A stretch of DNA of 40,000 nucleotides from contig CAUTND010000004.1 in NCBI GenBank assembly GCA_963540355.1, forward strand, positions 1 to 40,000, read 5' to 3'. This DNA comes from an uncultured bacterium. Its GTDB lineage: Bacteria; Patescibacteriota; Gracilibacteria; Absconditabacterales; Absconditicoccaceae. Position 1 is the stretch's first letter; every line of letters begins with the position of its first letter. A program made the position numbers and the translations under genes. The notes beneath the pieces are model-generated. The model was not told where the DNA came from and ran no database searches. It saw only the letters and a list, made by a program, of their open reading frames with translations. This document shows positions 34,429-40,000 of this stretch, in pieces.

Positions 34429-35421
34429 CTAAATATCAGAAAATAAATCAAGTAATAATTTATTATTTTTTGTTTTTCTTACCTTACCATCACCTATACA
34501 GATATGTCCAGTAGAAGTCTTTATTGTGGATTGCCTTTTATTTATAGTTTTACGATCTATATCATCAACATCCAATCATTGTCAATAATTTCCATCATAA
34601 TATCTATTATCAACCTGTCTTACATCATCTTCGGCTGTAGGTTTTTCTGGGATAATAATTAACTCTAGAGAATCTTTTATTTCATTCATCATATTCACAT
34701 TATAAGCAGATTTTAATCCATGATGTGGAGCAATTAAAATATTTGTCTTTTTAACTCTATTTTTAAAATTCATCTCTGTTTTTGATCAAGGAATAACATT
34801 TATAATATCATTACTTAACATCCATTGAGATCATGATAACATAATATCTCAAGGGAATAGGATATACTTTCATGCAATATTTATCAAACAAACTAAACTT
34901 ACATTATTTACATAATTAGAAGATGGTAATTTTTCTTCAACAATTGGTGGCTTTATATAGTATAATTCTAATTTATCTATAGATGATTGTAGTGGAGGAT
35001 TTCTACCCTCAATTAATTTATCCTTAAAAAAAATTACTTTATCATCTTTTTCTCTATCTCAAAAAACAAGCTCCCAATCCAAACATTCATCTCACATCCC
35101 TTCGTTGTCATTTGGTGTTGTTACTAACCTAGGATAAAAATACTTATAAAAGTTTTCTATATCAGATAAATGATCTCTATGAGGATGACTAATAATTAAT
35201 TGATCAATATGATATTTTTTTCAATCATAGTCTTTTTTCCCATTTTTTCATACTTCACTTTCTAAAAAATCCCATTTTTGTTGTTGAGCATATGGCAACA
35301 AAAAATCTAGAGTAGGAGAAAAATCATTTGAACTTCATAAATCTATGATAATCCTTTTCCCTCCTATTTCACAGAAAGAAGCCATTGCTCATCCGACATT
35401 AAATATGATTACTTTATCCAT
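34429..35421 (-). CDS. MBL-fold metallo-hydrolase, ComEC-C-terminal-like (330 aa)
   Basis: I translated it fully from ATG 35421 to TAG 34429-34431, counting 12 in-frame TGA. Motifs: IIFNVG[G]AMASF, IIIDL[G]S, LIISHPHRDHLSD (HxHxDH), VSLVCLINIA[G]KYILFP[G]D and ILIAPHHGLKS. The standard-code track shows only a 63-aa piece. Confidence 0.8.
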
Positions 35422-35446
35422 CTGTTCTTTTTTTATGAAATAAATT

Positions 35447-35821
35447 TTATAAAAGCCCAACTTTGCTTAAGAGTTTTTCAAATTTCTTATTTTGCTCCTT
35501 AAATTCTTCAGGATGCTTTATAAAGTTCTTAATCCTTTCTTCTTCTAATTTTTTATCAAAGCTATACATTACTAATCAACACTGTTGACAGAACCATTGT
35601 ATTGTTCCTGGAAGAGAGACAAAGGTTGACTGAAAACCAAAGTTCCCATGCTCCTTAATGATTATACAATGAGGACATGCATTCCTTGCCTTTTCCTTTA
35701 GATTGTTTCTCCTATTTTCCAAAAATCTATTTAAATCAAAAGTAAAAGAAAATCTAACTACGATAATTGATAATGCACCAAAGAATATGATTCAAATAAT
35801 TTCTCAAAAAGTAAGATTCAT
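35447..35821 (-). CDS. Small membrane-anchored zinc-ribbon protein (124 aa), first gene of the AT-rich cassette
   Basis: Starts at ATG 35821 as MNLTF[G]EII[G]IIFFGALSIIVV (TM segment), then CPHC...(26 aa)...CQQC[G]LVMY and a Lys/Glu-rich tail. TAA at 35447-35449. It is absent from the standard-code track. Confidence 0.5.
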
Positions 35822-35860
35822 TATTTAATATCATTAAAATCTAAAACTCTCTTATCCTCC

Positions 35861-35879
35861 TATATATAAGTACCGAGAA
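35861..35879. repeat. Right copy of the 19-nt imperfect direct repeat bracketing the AT-rich cassette
   Basis: tatatataagtaccgagaa, 40 nt upstream of the cassette's first ATG (35821, minus strand). See the left copy at 33912-33930. Confidence 0.6.
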
Positions 35880-36007
35880 GTAGCAAATATATCAAAAGAT
35901 AATTAAAAAATCTTCCGTAATTTCGCCTCATTTTTACCAAAAAGAACAGTAATTACAAGACTAGCTTCTCCTAAATTTCCTCTACTAAAATCAACCAACA
36001 AAAAAAT

Positions 36008-36036
36008 TGACTTCCGAATAAAGTCAGCCTTTTTTC
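36008..36036. terminator. Bidirectional hairpin terminator
   Basis: tgactt (36008-36013) pairs with aagtca (36021-36026), with an A-run before and gccttttttc after. Confidence 0.5.
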
Positions 36037-36078
36037 TCTTTTGAAATACTTAAAGTATGCGCTAAACAAAAATACCTT

Positions 36079-36237
36079 CTACTCTGTAGGCACCTTAGGA
36101 CTTTCCTCTTCCTCTTCTCGTCCTCCCTCTTCGGTCCATCTGCCAAGCTGGGCTTTATGCAGTTTCCAAGCATCGTTGGTGTCTTTGATGAGTTTATTGA
36201 GTAAAGCGATAAAGGCTGAACTTTCAGCGTTGGGAGT
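36079..36237 (-). pseudogene. Orphan C-terminal gene fragment (52 codons, no start codon)
   Basis: The minus frame reads TPNAESSAFIALLNKLIKDTNDAWKLHKAQLGRWTEEGGREEEEESPKVPTE and ends at TAG 36079-36081. It is closed upstream by TAA at 36238-36240. It looks protein-like but has no initiation codon. Family not recognised. Confidence 0.3.
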
Positions 36238-36258
36238 TTATTTTTCAACCTCCCCTAG

Positions 36259-36324
36259 CCCCTCCTCACAGAGGGGAAGTTCTCTCGTTGTTCCTCCCCT
36301 GTTAGGGGGAGGTGCCCGAAGGGC
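36259..36324. repeat. GC-rich triple-hairpin element, copy A
   Basis: Three hairpins: cccctc/gagggg (36259-36276), cctcccc/ggggagg (36293-36312) and gccc-gaa-gggc (36314-36324). The core 36283-36305 matches 37385-37407 at 22 of 23 positions. Confidence 0.6.
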
Positions 36325-36341
36325 GGTGGGGGTTGTAAAAT

Positions 36342-36545
36342 CTAAATCAACCCCTGCTTCCTCGCAATCGTTCTCGCGGACTCAGTCAAATACTTCTTTC
36401 TAATTCTAATCGCCTTTGGCATGATCTCAACCAGTTCATCTAGTCCGATATAGCCCATCGCCTGCTCAAGAGACAAATGCACGATCGGATCAATTCTCAT
36501 CGCTTCATCATTTCCAGAGTTGCGGACATTATACATCAGCTTTTC
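36342..36545 (-). pseudogene. typA: typA/bipA 3'-terminal remnant (last ~65 codons only)
   Basis: Reads ...NVRNSGNDEAMRIDPIVHLSLEQAMGYIGLDELVEIMPKAIRIRKKYLTESAR, compared with the E. coli BipA C-terminus as I recall it: [53 protein letters not shown]. Upstream in the same frame there is no TypA-like sequence, and a TAG at 36687-36689 closes the frame. Confidence 0.7.
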
Positions 36546-37179
36546 TAATGATTGCATGTAATCTAAACCATTTTTTATATTCAAAATGTTCCAACAGCAG
36601 TCCAGATTTTTTACACATGTCTTGGATATCTTTTTTTGTATAGATTTTCACGTCTCAAAATCAGAACAAATTAAGCATTGGAATTTCTATATAATTCACA
36701 AATCGTCATAATCACTTTCATAAGGACATATCTCTTAATATCAGTTTTCCTCAAGGTTTAAGCGTTTTTTTAACACTTTTGAAAAAGTTTTGAGGATTTG
36801 GATAATGGTGAAAACTTTGTGAACATATGATGATATCAAATGTGTTTTCATCAAATGGCAAATTTTCACAATCTCAAACGAGAAATTCAGCATTTTTTAC
36901 CTTTTTCTTTTTTGCTACTTCAATCATTTTTGGAGTGAGATCAATTCCTACATACTGCTTATCAGGAAATTTTTCACTGAGTAATTGGATTATTGTAGCT
37001 GGTCCACATCAAGCATCTAATACTTTTTCAAAATGATCTTTTTCAATTTCTGCTAAAATAGCTGGGTAATCATTTCTGCATAATTTATAAATTCCAGCAT
37101 GATCTCATTCATATTTTTCTGCCACTTTTGTAAACTCCTTTTTAGATAAATTTTTAAATTTTTCGCTTGAGAATCTCAT
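36529..37179 (-). CDS. Class I SAM-dependent methyltransferase (Methyltransf_11-like)
   Basis: Starts at ATG 37179. Motifs: VLDA[G]CGPA (TGA at 37009-37011), LV[G]DCENLPF, FHHYPNP and LKP[G]GKLIL. TAA at 36529-36531. Its last codons overlap the typA-derived sequence in a different frame. Confidence 0.85.
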
Positions 37180-37365
37180 TTTTGTTAGTTTTTTTAAAAA
37201 TAAATGATTCAACCAAGTTTATAAATTTTGCACTAAAATTTGCAATATTTATCTAGGAAAATTTTCCTACTTACAAGCATACACTCTCTAGCTCGCTCTT
37301 AGTCTTATTCCACACACCATTCTTCTTGCGATTAAAGCTCCCTTATCAGCTTTAGGAGCCCCAAG

Positions 37366-37425
37366 CTTAACAGAAGAGAAATATTCTCGTTGTCCCTCCC
37401 CTGTTAGAGAGAAGCTAGGAGGATA
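37366..37425. repeat. Decayed copy B of the hairpin element
   Basis: acagaagagaaatattctcgttgtccctcccctgttagagagaag aligns with copy A (acagaggggaagttctctcgttgttcctcccctgttagggggagg). The differences are mostly G-to-A and destroy the stems. Same orientation as copy A, 1,102 bp away. Confidence 0.55.
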
Positions 37426-37517
37426 CCGAGGAAATTCCAAAGAAAAGTTAGAAAAAGAGAAAGCTTAACAAGTAAAATCAATGAAAACTAAAAAAAGCTA
37501 TAAACCAGGTTTTATAT

Positions 37518-37545
37518 TTGACATAAAAGAAAGAAACCTTACACT
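37518..37545 (+). promoter_or_regulatory. Candidate promoter of the PD-(D/E)XK nuclease gene (TTGACA-16 nt-TACACT)
   Basis: ttgaca at 37518-37523, a 16-nt spacer, then tacact at 37540-37545, 37 nt upstream of ATG 37582. This is pattern only. Confidence 0.3.
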
Positions 37546-37581
37546 CTGACATACTCTAGTTTTATTCTTTTTTGGAAACGG

Positions 37582-38814
37582 ATGGTTGTCTACTCCTTTT
37601 CTCAGATCAATCTCTATGAGCAATGCCCAAGAAAATACCAATATCGCTACCTTGATGGATTGGAAAGAGCTTTTGAAGCTACTCCTGACCTGATTTTAGG
37701 AAGCAGTGTACATGGGGCTTTGGAACGACTCTACCAACAAATCAATATTTTCAATCCTCCGATCAAAGCCGATCTCCTAGGAAAATTTCATGAGCTACGA
37801 AATAATGCTATCGCAGAAGAAGGAGAAAAACTGATCTATAAGGGCGATCAGCATGAAGAGGATTACCTAAGAAGAGGAGAACATTACTTGAGCAGTTATT
37901 TTGATCAGCATTCTCCTTTTGAGACAGGGAAAGTCATTGCTACAGAGCTCCCCTTAGCTTTTACTCTTCAAGAAAAAGAAGAAAACTGAGGCGAACAAAA
38001 GTTTCGTGGGATCATTGATAGACTGGATAAAGAGGGAGAAAGTTTCGTTATCAACGATTATAAGACCAATAAGCATTTACCTCCAGAAGAGAAAGATGAA
38101 TATAGAGAGCAGCTCACCCTTTATGCTTATGGCGTGATGCAGAAATATGGGAAATATCTCAAAGGGATTAAAGCCAGACTCCATTACCTCCATTTTGAAC
38201 TCTGTGATGAATGGGAGATTAACGAAGAAATCCTTGCTCCTGTGCTTGCAAAATACCGCACTGCAATCCGCAATATTGAAGAAGCAAGATTCAACTATAA
38301 TATGGGTATAGAAAACGCTTTCCCGACCGAAAAAAATGCCTATTGTAAATACTGTGAATATCAACAGCTCTGTCCGCTTTGGAAGCATTTAAACTTTGGA
38401 GATGAAACTGTGGAAGGAGAAGAACTCTGAATAAGCACAATCAAAAAGCTCGTAGACCGTTATACCAAAATCTCCCAAGAAAGTACGGAACTTAACAGAG
38501 AAAAAGAAAGTCTAAAAGAAATTCTCGTTTCCTATGCAGAGAAAGGAGATTTTGAACAGCTCTTTGGGGAGGAAAGCAAGCTTGGACTCAAAAAAAGCGA
38601 TATTTATACAGCGAAAAATAAGCAAGCTCTCCAGCATTTTCTCGCAGAAGTTGGACTTTTGGAAGAAGCAAGCGATATTCCTTATTATAAGCTTAATACC
38701 TTAGTAAAAGAAAAAAAACTGAATGCTGATCAGATTCAGACCTATTTAACAAGGAAAGATTCCCGAAGGCTCACTCCAAGCAAAAAAAAGGAAGGAGAAA
38801 CAGAGAGAAACTAA
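37582..38814 (+). CDS. Cas4/AddB-type PD-(D/E)XK nuclease with 4-Cys cluster and about 130-aa C-terminal extension
   Basis: N-terminus reads YSFSQINLYEQCPRKYQYRYL, followed by GIIDRLD...VINDYKTNK (D...D-x-K), QLTLYAY, and CKYCEYQQLC (C-x2-C-x5-C, pairing with the N-terminal Cys). In-frame TGA at 37987-37989 and 38428-38430. TAA at 38812-38814. Confidence 0.8.
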
Positions 38815-38889
38815 ATCAAATAATGAAAATTTGCATTTAGAGAAAAAAGGGATATACTTTTTTCATCATTTATCTAGAAACGAAAGAAC

Positions 38890-39483
38890 ATGAGGACTTG
38901 CAACCTAGATGAAGTAAGAGTATGGGAAAAAAAGCTGATCTCAGACCCTAAACCCCATTTTTTCTTGATTTGGGAAAAACTAGGAAAAGAGTTTGGGAAA
39001 AGGAAACTCCTCTCCTCCTTTGAAGAAGCCTATAACTATCTCAAGACGCTTCAAGACAAGGAAAGTAGCTTCTCACAAAGTTTTCATGCAAAAATTTTAA
39101 AGCCACTAAAAGATGAAAAAAATAGGACTTATATAAAAAGAACCATATATGATAGGCTAATGAGCATCTACGGTAAATTCATCTCTATAAAGGAAAATTA
39201 TGGAGAAGCAATTTTCGCTACGACAAAACTCTCTCCTCAATTTGAAAAGAAAACCAAAACGCTTAAAACGGAAACGAAAAGTGAAATCAAAAAAAACTTT
39301 CAAGAAAGACATTCCTATGCTCAAGACTGGGCAAAACATAGAAGAGATACTCTCCTAACAAAGATTGATAGTTATCAGGCTGCATTAGAGGGACTTGAAT
39401 ATCCAAAAGATAGCGACTATGAAGAAAAAATTCGTAATTGTAAAGATGAAATAATAAATTTAGAAACAAGATATAAGATATAA
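38890..39483 (+). CDS. Hypothetical Lys-rich protein (197 aa)
   Basis: An uninterrupted ORF ending at TAA. No family recognised. Co-directional with and 75 nt downstream of the nuclease gene. Confidence 0.5.
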   Translation: MRTCNLDEVRVWEKKLISDPKPHFFLIWEKLGKEFGKRKLLSSFEEAYNYLKTLQDKESSFSQSFHAKILKPLKDEKNRTYIKRTIYDRLMSIYGKFISIKENYGEAIFATTKLSPQFEKKTKTLKTETKSEIKKNFQERHSYAQDWAKHRRDTLLTKIDSYQAALEGLEYPKDSDYEEKIRNCKDEIINLETRYKI

Positions 39484-39502
39484 ACTAAAAAAACAACCAT
39501 TA

Positions 39503-39540
39503 AAAAAAAAGCTGAACCAAGAAGCGATTCAGACTTTTTT
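39503..39540. terminator. Bidirectional hairpin terminator between convergent genes
   Basis: An A-run, then ctgaa (39512-39516) pairing with ttcag (39528-39532), then acttttttat. The stem is only 5 bp. Confidence 0.4.
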
Positions 39541-39556
39541 ATAATAAAGATTTATA

Positions 39557-40000
39557 TTATCTTGCTGGAGAAGGAAGGCTATTTTTTAGTCCAATTACGC
39601 CACGAAGTGCAAGATTTCGATCAAGATTTTCAATTGCACTACGAGTACCAAGTAGCCACTGTTGATTTCCAAAATGAGCTGCAAAATCTTTTCCACCCTT
39701 TGAAACAAAAATATCTGAAATACACTTTCCTTGGTCTAAAGTTTGAGCTAAAATTTGATTAAGTTGAGGAGAAGGAACAGTCCCACCAACAAAACCAATA
39801 CCTCATTGACTATCATAGAGGTAACCTACGATCTGCTGTTTACCAAGGATTTGCAAAGAACAATGCAAAGAAGAATCAGCTTTCATTCTATTTGAAGGGA
39901 TATCATACTGTACACCAGCAATCAAGACATATGGCTCTTGATCAGGAAGTTGATGCTCTACACTTCCATAAATACTCTTCTCATCACCAGAGCCACAATT
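39557..40000 (-). CDS. Hypothetical protein, 5'-partial (N-terminus beyond window end)
   Basis: The minus frame is open from base 40000 to TAA at 39557-39559, with one TGA: ...LYDSQ[G]GIGFVGGTVPSPQLNQILAQTLDQGKCISDIFVSKGGKDFAAHFGNQQWLLGTRSAIENLDRNLALRGVIGLKN. No family confidently recognised. The plus-strand track ORF 39562-39762 is antisense to it. Confidence 0.5.

Noticed and set aside
36041-36403. Plus-strand ORF of 120 aa (and minus-strand ORF 36024-36248, 74 aa)
   Set aside because: They span the gene-remnant and hairpin zone. The products are low-complexity Ser/Pro/Gly runs generated by the GC-rich repeat, with no start context or family signal.
39562-39762. Plus-strand ORF 39562-39762 (66 aa)
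   Set aside because: It is antisense to the 148-codon minus-strand frame that is open to the window edge and ends at TAA 39557-39559.
1-40000. Reading the many in-frame TGA codons as evidence of a heavily pseudogenised genome or poor assembly
   Set aside because: Interruptions are exclusively TGA, never TAA or TAG. The frames are perfectly maintained across them, and they coincide with conserved glycines in more than 10 unrelated families.
1-40000. Genetic code 4 (TGA = Trp, Mycoplasma/Spiroplasma type)
   Set aside because: The TGA columns are invariant Gly, not Trp: EGDSAGG, GKYHPHGD, KYRGEFE, AGEVV, DAGCG, GFPGET. TGG is still used at normal Trp positions.
1-40000. Search for tRNA, rRNA, tmRNA, transposase or integrase genes
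   Set aside because: I saw no T-loop-like GGTTCRANYC contexts with acceptor pairing, no rRNA-like conserved blocks, and no DDE or tyrosine/serine recombinase motifs in any frame I inspected. Absence by eye is not proof.

Overview
This is a low-GC bacterial chromosomal window that only reads coherently if TGA is a sense codon for glycine (translation table 25, known from Gracilibacteria/BD1-5 and Absconditabacteria/SR1, CPR/Patescibacteria). The supplied ORF track uses standard stops and therefore breaks nearly every gene into 2-8 pieces. Joining same-frame pieces across TGA restores full-length housekeeping genes, with TGA on invariant Gly positions. Examples are GyrB EGDSA[G]G, GyrA [G]KYHPHGD, ClpC KYR[G]EFE and GYV[G]YDEGG, MutL KA[G]EVV, and the methyltransferase LDA[G]CG. 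Only TAA and TAG end genes.

Core content, re-called by me under table 25: lysS, an MscS-like channel, secD, a DUF2304-GT2 glycosyltransferase fusion, gyrB, ruvB, and a 438-aa PP-loop enzyme. Also present are a secreted beta-propeller protein, a DUF4116 repeat protein, a T4-endoV-type pyrimidine-dimer glycosylase, gyrA, and an NYN/LabA-like protein. The rest of the core is an N-domain-less ClpC-type AAA+ unfoldase, endonuclease-type mutL, a MiaB/MtaB-family radical-SAM enzyme, and a DUF721-like protein. There are two large Cys-rich secreted surface proteins; one is 1,074 aa, the other is truncated by the window start.

I found no rRNA, tRNA, CRISPR array, transposase or integrase.

The most unusual part is 33.9-39.5 kb, which looks accessory:
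- A very AT-rich, tightly packed three-gene cassette (membrane Zn-ribbon protein, ComEC-type MBL-fold hydrolase, multi-TM protein) bracketed by a 19-nt imperfect direct repeat.
- A decayed zone with a typA/bipA 3' remnant fused out of frame to an intact SAM methyltransferase, flanked by two copies of a hairpin-forming element.
- A stand-alone Cas4-like PD-(D/E)XK nuclease.

All family assignments come from motif recognition by eye; no database search was run.
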